DNA of 64,000 bases, filler included, from Gonapodya sp. JEL0774 (lineage: Eukaryota): the NCBI GenBank assembly GCA_027604505.1. It is 21 parts of 21 records of this genome, joined end to end, with 100 filler letters (N's around TTAATTAATTAA, not from the genome) between each part and the next. Parts side by side here need not be neighbours in the genome. Positions count along the whole stretch, not along the records: positions 36,821 to 39,781 come from JADIIX010001561.1; positions 39,882 to 42,842 come from JADIIX010001562.1; positions 42,943 to 45,903 come from JADIIX010001563.1; positions 46,004 to 48,959 come from JADIIX010001564.1; 17 more parts are not named here. One strand, 5' to 3'. A program made the translations under genes and the position numbers. Below the pieces are notes generated by a model. It was not told where the DNA came from, ran no database searches, and saw nothing but the letters and a program-made list of their open reading frames with translations. Each line of letters opens with the position of its first letter. Position 1 is the first letter of the stretch. Below are positions 37,173 to 49,059 of the stretch, in pieces.

Positions 37173-39781
37173 ATGGCGTATTCGCAGCTGCTCCCGTTCC
37201 ATCGCCGAATGCTTGCGGACTTGGAGAGTTCTAAACTAGATTCATTAACAGGCAACATTGATTGGGACTCACTCGATGATGCTGACGATCGGACTGCAAC
37301 CTCCAGTGGAAAAACAGGCGCGGATTCGGGCCATGGGAATCCCGCGAGAAGAGCTTTTGAGGGTCAAGGCCATAGCTATGATGTGGACAAGCTTGAGGCG
37401 CGAGATCTGTTTGAGATTTCAGACAAGTTGACCGAGTCTTCACCGCTTCGAAAACGCCGTCGCAATCAGGAGAGAACAGAAACGGGACTTTCTGCAACCA
37501 ACATTAATGGACATCTTGCTTCAGATGACGACGAGATATCCTCTCCTCCTCCCTCACAGCCCCTTCCGCTGTCGTCATCACCCGGCTCCTTCCAATTCCC
37601 ACAACCAGCCCCAGTCGAGCTCGATACCAACGCCGACTTTCTCATGATTGCCGCTCGTGGCCTTGCTCAGCGACAGATAATGCTGACCTACATCAAACTG
37701 CTTTCCCACCCTGAGCACCTCGTCTTCCTCATCAACGAGAACCAGCAGGAGCTCGAAGCGATTAGGGAGGACTTGCTAAAGGCAAGAGAGCAAGACGAAA
37801 GAGATTGTGTGGATCCGGGCTTGTGGGGTGACCCGTCGTACTTCAAGATTGTCACCACCGAGACCATGACGACTGTGAACGAAAGGTGCCTGATGGCCCA
37901 CATTGCGCATTTATCTTCACGAAATAATCTCTCACAACTGTTGTCTGTGATTCGAAGAATCGAGGCCTACCTTTCTGGAGGCGTTCTTGCTACGACATCT
38001 CGTATTCTTGTTGCCGACCTCCTCAACGACGTTGTGCCCGTGCACCTCTGTCAGGGTTTCCTCGTTGCACGGGCTGAACGGTAAGAGGTTATACAAGTTA
38101 ATTTCCCACACTTCTGCTCCCCGAAAGCTTGGAAGAGGACCAACAAACCGTTCATACTGTGTCCCCTCCCCCCGTCACCCAAGAGTCAATCCCCTCAGCG
38201 TCGAATCATTCATCCTCCGATTGTACAGATCGCAAAACAAGTGTGGCTTCATCAAATGCTTCTCGGACCAACCTGAACAGTTTACGAGCGGCATGTGGAG
38301 GCTAGAGAAGTGCATGAGGGCGTGCGTCGTGAGGAGATGTGTGGTGTGGCCAAGGTACGTCCACGTTCGGCACACGTAAGAGACTTCCGCATATTCATCA
38401 TGCTTGCTTGCTATCTGTTCGGTTGTCATCGGAACACCAGGTTCCACCTCTCTACATCCCTGTACCTCGCCGCCCACCAACCGCAACTCACTGAAGTCAG
38501 GGTACCTCTTTCAGATTCCATGCGCGCATCTCAAGCGGGACTGGTGGAATGCCTCGAGGCAACGTTGCGAGAGATCGGGACAGGAGGGAAGGTAACTGTG
38601 CTTCGACGAGATTGTGCCTGGGGTCAACCCAAAATCCAACCTCGACGTCCTCAAATCATAGCTCGATCCCGACAATCTTACAATCTCTGCGGCCCTGCAC
38701 CCTTCATTTGACCGGTCACTTCAGTCGCAGCTTGACCCTCGATGGCATTTTCTTTCGCCAAGGACACGAGGACTTGTGGGAGACGTGGCTACCTTGCGCC
38801 GTCTGTTAGAGTAAGATAGAATTGCTTTAATCCTGTAGTATATTATCCTGACCTCATCGCACTCCTCACTTATAGCGCCCTGTTCCACACCGACCCCATT
38901 ACCCATCATGCACTGCTAGAATCCCTTCTCCTGACGAACACACCTTCCAATCCCCTATCACGCCAACCAGACCGACACCCTTGGATGCTTACCGATGCAG
39001 CACAGACCGTATTCGCGATAGGTGGTACGAGATGCTATAAAATGACACCAGCTACCAACTCTGTAGACTCTGTGCAGAAGTACCCCGGGGTTCCGCCGAA
39101 TGTCACACCGACGTTTGATGTGCCTCCCAAATGGGCTGCGGTGCTCGGAGTCTTGAAAGAAGTGATGGCAGAACGAGAAGAGGCCATGCTTGCTCCAGGT
39201 GCGGGTAGTGCGAGCAGACCCGGCCCAGTGCTGGTCATGGTTGATGGAGATCGAGGAGCGCGTGTGGTGAGAGAGCTGGTGGAAAGCGCGGGGCTGGGTG
39301 TCGCTAGGGACAAGATGGATGCTCCTGGTAGGGCGAGGAAAGGAAAGCGCAAGAGGAGAGAGGACGAGGAAGGGAGTGAAGCGGAGGGTGATGAAGATGA
39401 CGAAGACCTGATTGTGGGAGACGGGGTTCAAGATGTGGAATCAATACTAGGGGAAGATGGTGGGGAAGAGGATAACACCATTGGAGGGTCTACGAACTAT
39501 TTAACCACATATGGAGGTAGCGAGGACCCTTCTCGTGCTCTGCTCTTGAGATACCTGGCGAACTATTTCAAATGGAAAGGTCGAATAGGAGCTCGGACGG
39601 TGGTGGGGAAACCCGCGGTTATCGGTTCGCGCTCAGCAGGCAATGACGGAACCAACAGGGGCGGTCGTGGAGGGCCACCTGGATCGAAGAGCGCACCGAC
39701 TGGGAAAAGGCGGCGAGTGAAAGGTCAGAGTCTTGTCAAGGATGCTGACGACAATGGAACCGGTAGTACGACTGGCCGACC
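37173..39781 (+). CDS. RAD1: XPF/Rad1/Rad16 structure-specific endonuclease, N-terminal helicase-like region, 3'-truncated
   Basis: LLPFHRRM, LMIAARGL, YLSGGVLATTSRILVADLL, ESFILRLYRSQNKCGFIKCFSDQPE, VWPRFH, PPKWAAVLGVLKE. Confidence 0.93.
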
Positions 39782-39881
39782 NNNNNNNNNNNNNNNNNNN
39801 NNNNNNNNNNNNNNNNNNNNNNNNNTTAATTAATTAANNNNNNNNNNNNNNNNNNNNNNNNNNNNNNNNNNNNNNNNNNNN

Positions 39882-42551
39882 AAAGCTTTCGCGTTGGGCT
39901 TTCCGCTTGTTCGAAGGCTCTTCTGACTGTGTTTCGCCCCCCTTCCCTTCCTTTTTGGTACGTTTCTTCTCGGCAGCAGCTCGATCCTTCTCGGTTTCGG
40001 CGTTTGCCATTTCGACTGCTTCTCGCAATCTCTTGGCCTCCACTTGGCTACGCCTCTCCGCAATCCGTTCCTCCATCTCCCACCATTCCTGCACCGTCCC
40101 CCGCTCTCGCTCAAACTCCCTCCACGCCTCCCACACCGCCTCGTTGTCGTCTGTATTCCGCAAGCTCGCCGTCTTCAGTATGGTCCGAGCTCGTCCTGCG
40201 ATTCCAAAGTGGTTTTCGAGGCGCGCCCATTCGACGGAGGCGTGGGATGAGGAGGCGAGAGCGGGATGGGACTTGGTAAGTTGGGAGCAGATTTGGTAGG
40301 CGGTTGGGGAATGTAGAAATGTGTACTCCAGGCGTATGCGAAGTAAAAGAAGAGCGAGATGCAGATGCGGATGGTCAGGATGGACTAGGGAGGAGGATCT
40401 CATTGTGAGCTCTTCTGACAACGTACCATTCCATGTACTAAGTAATAAAAACAACTCACGGCCACCCAAGAGTTCCTCAGCGTCTACCAAGACCTTTCTG
40501 AACTCTTCCCTCGCCTCTTCTCTCTGTCCCTGGCCCTCATTACGACTTTCGTCTGTTGCTTCCAGTCGCCCGCTTCCAGATAACTGACGGCGCTCAAGGT
40601 CAATGTTGGCAGAAAGAAGAATGTACAGAGATGTCGGGTCGCGGAGAATAGCGTCGGTTGACAGGGCTGACAGGTAAATCTCTGCTCACCATTTTAGGAA
40701 GAATTGAACCATTCGTTTGGGAAGAACGAAAACATTCCCCTGTCAGATTTTCCGCCAACAACACATCCCCTCACCTGAAGAAATATCCACCGCCGGCTTC
40801 CCCCCGCTCTCTGCGACTCTCATGTAGTTTCCCCAGCACAGTCCCGAGGCCGGACAGTTTCGAACCGACCTAGCACACACGGCCATGGCCACGTCATTTT
40901 GGGACGGGCAGTGAACAGACTAGAACGAAAAAAATTGCTTTGCCATGTCAGCACGGATGTGCGAGCCTCGGGTCGTTGGATCACTCATCCGCACCAGATA
41001 CGTGACATAGGCGTTCCACGCCTGTTCGTCCAAGCAGTGTAGGCCAACAGCGCGTTCGAAGATGGTCCGAATGCGACGGGGGTCGTTGCCACCGCGCTTT
41101 TTCTCGTACTCGATATAGTGGAGGTAAGATGAGAGGGAGTGCCCCGACGATATCTTTGATAATCAAGACAACCGCAAGATGAGGAAAGGATAATAAGCCT
41201 CCAAGTACGCTTGCAAATTTCGGTCATTCAACTCACGATGCCTTCCTCGTACCGCTCCCTCGCTGCGTTCTCCTTTTGCGTGTTCGCTTTCACTTGGCTG
41301 GCGTCTGTCATTCGATCTTCCCACTCCTTCAAGTCGATACGGGATTCGAATGATGAGTATGCGGAGAGCGTTGCATCGAGGGCTGTGAAGGCGCGGAAGG
41401 TGTCAAAAAGTGCATGAGTTACGATCATATCTTCCCAAGAATGAGTCAACTGTTGGTGATGCTCACCAGCATGGGGTGTTTGTAATCGTTCGGCAAACAT
41501 ATCCCTGATTCGTTGAATCTGGTCACGTCTGAAATGGGACCATGAAGTATGCACGGGCAATATCGATAGAAGTTGCGAAGCTCAATCACACAACAGCACA
41601 CAATAGGTTCGAGCGTCTTAAGACGGTTCGCTCACCTCGCCTCTGCCTTGGGAGGCAGGGATTCCAACACTGCCTCTTCAAACTTTTGTACGGCGTCCCA
41701 CACGATATGACTCTGGTCCGACAAGGAAAGGGGCGTCAACGATTTCCTGAGACGACAAACCCATTGGGATCTCGGTAGTGGCTTGAACTTGTCTCACATC
41801 TTTGTAGTGATGATCAGTTGCTTCCACCGCACGTTTTCCGATCGCTCTCGCCTGTTCCAAGGAAAGAATTTTGCCAACCTCAAACTTCTCCCTTGCAGGC
41901 ATCTTTGCCTGCTTTCCCTTGGTCGCCACTGCCTTGCTATCATCACCACTTTCGTCTTCGCTGTCATCAGTAAGCTCGCCGTCAAGAGTGTCCTTCCTCC
42001 CCTCATAGAGTTGCTGTCCGTAGCGGACGTGGCCCAGATGGAGTGGAATAGCTATACAAAGCCAGGAGATTTTCCGTATTCCGCATCAAAGCATACACAT
42101 AAGACACACAGAGTACAGAGTGGGAGCCGTCGGATGTTCACTCACACAAGTAGTCTTTCACAGCACGTTCGTAGAGTTCCAGCACCTTCATGTAATCCTC
42201 AACTGTCTTGGCCTTTCGCCTCCTATCACGCAGCCAGTCTATCCATAACTGTTCTGATAACGGAAATGCAGTTGCAAATGTCTCCCGGGCAGCTTCGAGT
42301 TGTGATTCCAGGGCTTGAACAGCAACATCACCACCGTGATCAGCAGATCTACTCCCTATGGCACCAAAAAGACCCTGAACAAGAGCAAGATGCGCATTAT
42401 AGTCGGTGGGATTTGCGGCGACAGCTTCTGCGAGTGGGACTATCAAGCTGTCGAAGTCGCCCATAATATCCATTTCGGCATTTGTCGATTCGTTGCTGAC
42501 ATAAACACCCAGATCTTCGGCATCCAGCGACGTGTCCATTTCTGTATCCAT
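39882..42551 (-). CDS. SART3: SART3/Prp24-like HAT-repeat U4/U6 recycling factor, 3'-truncated
   Basis: NPTDYNAHLALV, ARETFATAFPLSEQLWIDWL, ELYERAVKDYL, ERLQTPHA, WEAWREFERERG, followed by a basic KRK segment. Confidence 0.85.
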
Positions 42552-42942
42552 GGTTCTCTGGATAAAATGTGCAATACTGTGACGACTCCGCGTGTGGATT
42601 CTGTTCTGCCATGCACAGCACGGTCTTTTGGTCAGGATGGTGTTGTGGTCAGCGCGCACGGTCCCTCCCGCAAAACTGATTTCATGTCTTCACGTACACG
42701 ATGTGGTGAGAGAACGCTTTATCGGGCGCACTTCCTGTTTAAGAAGATACAAATTGAGCTTCTTAGGATGTACTTGTAAAACGTGCTCTCCTCTCCTCCA
42801 GAGAAGCGTGATTAGTCGAAAGTTCCGAAGGGGTGAAATTCTNNNNNNNNNNNNNNNNNNNNNNNNNNNNNNNNNNNNNNNNNNNNTTAATTAATTAANN
42901 NNNNNNNNNNNNNNNNNNNNNNNNNNNNNNNNNNNNNNNNNN

Positions 42943-43783
42943 AGTTCCAAGTCATTTCTATTGAGAATGAATCGATCGTCTGTTGAAGTTATGGTTCAGT
43001 TTCGCGCAATAACGCAAAAGCAGCTGATGTGTGCAGGACGCTCCGCCTTCGAAACTTCTCCAATACGGACCTTCGACAGTTGCTCAACTATGTTGGCCCC
43101 CCGTTCCAACCACCACCTTCCAAGTTCCTCTCGCCTTTGTTTTAAAAGACACGCTAAAATTTCACGATCACCGAAGCTAACAGCCTCTGAGTGGAGTGTA
43201 TTCGCAGTTTGGTGAACGTCATTTTGTGTGCTTGAAATGTTTGAATCACCGCCTACCCTGAATTGGTGTCCAGTGCTCGCGTGACGTCGCGTTCGGCGAC
43301 GCCCCCTTTTCCAGTAATAGTTCCACAGTCGCGATGTACCCGAACGACACCGCCAATGTTAACGGAGTGTGACCTGTGAGAACAAAGTATGTATTAGCCG
43401 TACATCGGTCATGATCGAGGACTTCACATCTTTGGAAAAGCTCTGTATTGCGGAGGCCGCCATATGATCGCCTTGTTGTTGTTGAAACCCAGTCTTTCCG
43501 TTCGAATCCGGCTTGAATGTTTCTGCATATTACTGACATCACCGTTCACAACGGTAGTTTCCACAATTGACCGTTGACAGAGGATTGAATCCATCCTTTA
43601 CGTCATTTGTCTTGTTGACTGGTACCGAAGATATCCGAAAATCTCACCTCTTCTATCCTTTCGGTCGATGAATGGGTGGGGTTTGTCAGGGGTAGAGTCT
43701 TTTAAAAAGTCTTTGAGCATGCTGTAAAAATTCAAGAAGACGAGACGGTGGATGTAGTCGGGCGATGAGGGGTCGAGATCCAT
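42943..43783 (-). CDS. ANKRD13: ANKRD13-family ankyrin protein, 3'-truncated
   Basis: DRRGHTPLTLAVSFG...WTPIQEAVSFGDREIL...; contig ends in IEMTWN, matching the DFYxEMKW motif. Confidence 0.8.
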
Positions 43784-44217
43784 GGCTGGAACGTTGAATT
43801 GGTGGGAACGCGGATGGCCGAAGATGAATTGCAGCAGTCCCGGCGTGCTGGTCTAACTGCACGTGCACTTCAGTCTCTATAATTATCCCACCAAAGTCAG
43901 TCGCATTGAATGGTTATGGAGTCACGACGATGCAGAGTCCTGGATACGTGAAAATGTCGATCATGACTTTCGCATAGCTCTTTCCCAGCACATCAAGTCT
44001 GTTTGTAAAACGATAGTCCACCTATAGCTACTTCACAATAGATGTAGGAACTATCGCATATTTCGTGCATGAGACTCATGTCATGATTGCACACTCAATC
44101 ACTGCAAACGGTAATCAGGGTTGAGGGTCATGCCGCATATCACATAATTACATACAAGGGCTTATTCACTCGAACATCGCAACAGACAGGAGCGGCCATC
44201 GACTGGCGGCTAAGTTG

Positions 44218-45903
44218 ATGTATTCAGATAGACCCCCAGCGGTCGCTCCCGGAGTCCGGCGATCGGATGACGACCAACCGGGCACGGTTAACTCTGCTGA
44301 TACCGTGGCGACAGTAACCGCCGGTACCTCGGGTTCGACGGCAAATGTACGACTAGGTCTAGGCGGGAGGCCGCCATCAGTCAGCTGGAATGCAGATGTT
44401 ATCAACTGCTTTCCAACTGACGTTCATGCAAAGATAAACCTTGATGGAAACCCGTTCGCTCAGAGCCCCAAGCCCACCACTTTGACTAGTATTCCATCTT
44501 TGAAGACGATTGGTGGATCTGCTCTAAACAAGCAGGTTCATCCCACCACCGGCACGGACCCAATGCCGAGTTCTGCACCATCCGACACCCGTCGTCAACC
44601 ACGGAATTTGTACTCAGCTTACGCTTCTGCAGCTCGAAGCCGCATATCAGATTCCATCAACATGATGTCCAACTCAGCCTCAGCTCTTGCACACGCACTC
44701 CCTTCCATACCCAACATGTCAGCAATGCCCCATTTGCCTACCCTCACCAGTCCCGCCTACGCCAACATCCCAGGCTCCAACATCTCACTTTCCCGTCACC
44801 CACCAACCCATATAGCGACCACATACGCCATCGCACCTTCCAACGCACCGCCCGCACCTCCACCGCCACCGGAGACAGTTCTCGAAACCGGAAAAGGGCG
44901 GTGGTTTCGCGACCACCTCGGTCGTGCGGTCTTGCTTCGAGGGATTAACCTCGGTGGCTCTGCCAAGACACCCTCCTCTCCGCCTTGCCCATCTCACGTT
45001 TCCGCAGGTTTCTTTGACTCAGCGAATACCACGTTCTGCTCGTTTGTGGACCGACCTGTGCCACTTGATGACGCCGATGCACACTTGGAGAGATTGCGAA
45101 GATGGGGAATCAATTTTGTGAGGCTCAATGTAACGTGGGAGGCCATTGAACATGAAGGCCCGTGAGTGCCGCCAGAAGTACGGTATAGACATATCGTAAC
45201 TCTCTGATTCCAACAGGGGCATATTTGACGAGTCATATATCGCCTATGTTGTCGCTCTCGTGTCAAAGATGCGAGACAAGGGCATTAAGTGCTTCGTGGA
45301 CCCGCATCAGGACGTTGTGAGTATAAAATAACACTGCTTTTCCAATTTGTGGATCCTGATTTGTGAATTTGTGGCCTCCATCTTGACGCAAGTGGTCTCG
45401 TTTCTCTGGTGGCTCTGGCGCACCGTACTGGACATTCAAGGCGGCCGGACTTGACCCCTTCTTCTTTGCGCAGACAGGAGCAGCAATTGTCCATAACACT
45501 TTTGGTCGGGAAGATTTTCCCAGAATGATGTGAGTGCTGCGTCAGTTCCTCCTAGAACTCGTGATTTCCATTCGCAAAGGATGACGAAAAATTTCCAATG
45601 TTTGCATTTCCTCCGAAGTTGGCCCACTAACTACCACAAGCTCGGTGCCTCAACCATGTTCACTCTCTTCTTTGGTGGATCTGTCTACGCACCCAAGATT
45701 TTGCACCCCGCACCCACATATTCCGACAAGACCTACAATCCTTCTCCACTGTTCCCCACCATACAATCGCCCCCCACTTTGCAACAAGACTCGCCACCAC
45801 TTGTGAGTATCCAAGACTTCCTCCAGCACCACTACATGACGTCGCTTTTCAAGCTGTATGCGGCTCTTCACGGCGCTGGGCTCTGCCCGGAAACTGTCAT
45901 CGG
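44218..45903 (+). CDS. GH5 endoglycoceramidase-related beta-glucosidase (EGH1/EGCrP-type), 3'-truncated
   Basis: GRWFRDHLGRAVLLRGINLGG, SFVDRPVPL, VTWEAIEHEGPG, DPHQDVWSRFSGGSGAP, WPTNY..L...TMFTLFFGG; long disordered N-terminal extension. Confidence 0.92.
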
Positions 45904-46003
45904 NNNNNNNNNNNNNNNNNNNNNNNNNNNNNNNNNNNNNNNNNNNNTTAATTAATTAANNNNNNNNNNNNNNNNNNNNNNNNNNNNNNNNNNNNNNNNN
46001 NNN

Positions 46004-48211
46004 GTCTTGCCATCACACAAGACTTATCGTTCGCGCTCTACCAGTTGATGCTCTTCTAGATCGCTCTAAGCTCTTTTCCGAGGATGAAGTAACTGCGACT
46101 AAACCATCAAAGAAAAGCACTTTTTCTTTCGCACGCATATGGGAAGCCGACGCCACGAACGAAGAGGTTGAGGTCGACGAAGAGGAAGGCGTTTTGAACA
46201 ATGAATCTGCACTGTCCACCGGTGGATCTCTCGAGAGTATCGCGTTCGGTGATGGTACAGATCCAAGTACCGACGTTGAAATTGATCCAAAGTTTTGGGA
46301 AGGGTACGCTTGCGATTTCTTCTGTTTGTTGTTCCCACCAGAACACTGATACAAGCTCATACCCCCCGGCCTCAGGCTACTTGAGGGTCACGTCACGATT
46401 GCACCAGCATCTGCTTCAGAGGAGCTTCCTATTATTCTCGGAAAACGTCGGCGAAAGCGTACAGTCGAGTATAATGATGAAGGATTTGAAGAGCGCACAC
46501 AAGACGCTGACTTCACTCAGACCTCCGGAACATCAACAACTGCTTCCGACGACGATGATTTTGAGGATCGTGAGTAGTATCATGGCATTCCAATCTGTTC
46601 TGGAGGAGCTCACTCAGACTTTTGCTGCTGTCTTAGCGGAAAAGACTTCCGTGTCACCAGTTGATCCAAACCCCACGGGAATAACCGCTGCAATCGTTAC
46701 AGCCGCTGTCGCCGGTAACGGCGCAGAGAAAACTCGAAAACGGCGGAGAAAGGCACCCACCAAACCAATCGCAACGTCCCTGGAAGGCGCGACGGACAGT
46801 GATCTCTCTGCTAAACCCAGTCACTTAAAATTCGCCCCAGGATACGCCGAGAGAATCCGCGCGAGCTATGCCGCTTCCCTGGCCGCAAAAGCTGCAAGGG
46901 CCGCCAAACAGCCGCCGGAAACTATTTCTGATGATGGATCGGCAACTAGCTATGTCGAAAATCTAAAAGCTGGTTTGAGGTTCAATGTGGAGACGAATCA
47001 GTCGGAGCAAGTCAAAGTAAGAGCTACATGCGTGGCTTTGTGTTCGTCCGAGTTAAATTTACATTCTCCTTTTGTGCAAGGCGCCTCCGAAACGAAAGCC
47101 AGGTCGTCCACCAAAGACGAAGACTTCATCGAACGGCCCAACGGGTTCCACGAGCGTTCCTCAAGCTGGTCCTCACCCTCTTGGTGTCCCTATCAATTCC
47201 AACCCATCTGATTCAGAGGTCGCGTCTCGTTTTACTCGACTGCTTCCTCCAACAGACGGAAATACCCGTCCTTATCAACCTGGTGTTGCCCCAAAGTCAG
47301 TCCCGGTACACCCTTACCAGCACATGCCCATGGCCGCACATCCCCAGCTTACGCACCTTCCAGGACCCCACGGAATTTTCGGAGGTGTCCCGGCAACTAT
47401 GTATGATTATTTGGCCGCCATCGATCAAGCATCGCATGCGGCAGCTGCTGTGCTACCACAAGGTGCTATCGCTCCTGGACAGATTCTGGCTCTTGCTCCA
47501 CGTCCCGGCGAACCTGGATACCGCGCAGGGTTTTGCCAGGTTTTCGGCCTTCCCGGAGTATATGTACCTAACAGTGTGATCGATGGACGTGGTGCTTTGA
47601 CACCTGGAAAACTTACTCTTGTTTCTACTCGACGTCCGTACCGACCACCGGGGCTGCCCGGCACACCTGACGTCTTCCAATACTCGCTGGGCACAGCTCA
47701 ACACTGGTCGACGAATCCTCGGCCCGGACCAGGATATTATACCCCTACTGTGGTCCCTTCCAATTCACGGCCAGAGCAATTTCCGGTTTCCTATTCTTCT
47801 GTCCCAGCTCATCAAGTGCCACTCGGTCCGTCTGGCACTTTGCCTTCTCTGGACCGTCCAAGGCCGACCCTGTCCCCTATATTAGGATGGAGCCCCGCTG
47901 TGTCGTCTCATATGGCAATGCCCAATTTCCTGGTTCCTTCAACATCCTCAGCTGCGGCAGCCCCTTCCCAGTCAGCACCTGCGATCACTGAGTCACCCTC
48001 TTCGAACAGCATACCAACGCAACTGCCCCGTGGATCCGCATCAACTGCAGTGACATCCGTGCACACTACGGCTAGTGGTGTGAGACCTCCAGCACCGTCC
48101 GTAGCGAACGGCATGTTGGTGCCGACTGTCGTGGTACGCGGATCGTCAAATTCCACGAGCAAATGGGAGGAGTTTATGAAGAAGCAGAAGCATGAGGCTG
48201 GGAAAGATTGA
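46004..48211 (+). CDS. 3' part of a Pro/Ser-rich hypothetical, probably nuclear, protein with an AT-hook-like motif
   Basis: Overlapping long ORFs with splice sites; KRKPGRPPK and KTRKRRRK. Confidence 0.6.
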
Positions 48212-48538
48212 CTCTGAGAATTTATAGTACAAGCTACGCGTAATATAGAACAACATCGCGATTCTTCATGCAAGCTGGAACTTTGGCATCATGGAGGCAA
48301 TTGGGACCAATTCATTGACATGTCAGCCGTGGTTCCTCCTTTACTGTGCCACACGCTACGTTTGCCAGCATCACCCACCACACACCGTATTCCACAGTCG
48401 AAAGCGACTTCTGGTACTTATCATGGGGCGTTCAGCATTATGTGAACTCTGATTTTTTGAACTGACGGTGGAATCGTGCCCTTCCTCTCCGAAACGTTTG
48501 ATTCTCGCTGTTCTGCCTCTTGCCGCTCGCCAGCAATC

Positions 48539-48644
48539 ATGTCCTCCAAAGACGCTGATTCCCAAGACCTCCTCGACACTCCAAAGGCATTCTTCAAGGA
48601 GTCACAGATGTTCATCGCTCGATGCAAGAAGCCGGACCAGCGAG
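48539..48644 (+). CDS. SSS1: Sec61 gamma subunit, exon 1
   Basis: MSSKDADSQDLLDTPKAFFKESQMFIARCKKPDQRE, then a GTGAGC donor; the intron runs to the contig edge. Confidence 0.85.
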
Positions 48645-48687
48645 GTGAGCGTGAGGACGTTGGAGGGGATCGGGTGAATCTTCGGGT

Positions 48688-48941
48688 AGACAGTGGCGGA
48701 AAACTCACATGGAGTCAACCATACCGGTCTATCTGGACCGAAGTATGGGAAGGCTGTCTTAATATGTGAAGGCGGCGTCGAGAATGCGGGCTTTTGGTCA
48801 CGCAGAAGCGAAGGAGAGTACGTCTGAATGGGATTGGCCGTCACTGCTTTCAATCCTTTCTCCTCCGGGGGAGAAACTCATGGCAAACTTGGCCGGGTCT
48901 GGACTGGTACTTCAATCACCGTGATTTTCATTTGGACAGTT
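48688..48941 (+). ncRNA. Candidate intronic H/ACA-box-like structured RNA
   Basis: Multiple stems; H-box AGAGTA 48815-48820; stem 48824-48833/48926-48935 followed directly by ACA (48936-48938). Confidence 0.5.
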
Positions 48942-49059
48942 CTCTAAATTATTCCTTACNNNNNNNNNNNNNNNNNNNNNNNNNNNNNNNNNNNNNNNNN
49001 NNNTTAATTAATTAANNNNNNNNNNNNNNNNNNNNNNNNNNNNNNNNNNNNNNNNNNNN

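Noticed and set aside
48812..48836. Minus-strand AATCCCATTCAGACGTACTCTCCT resembling RNase P RNA CR-V
   Set aside because: No CR-I partner in the available sequence; it would have to overlap the Sec61-gamma splice site antisense, and G-U pairs favour the plus strand.
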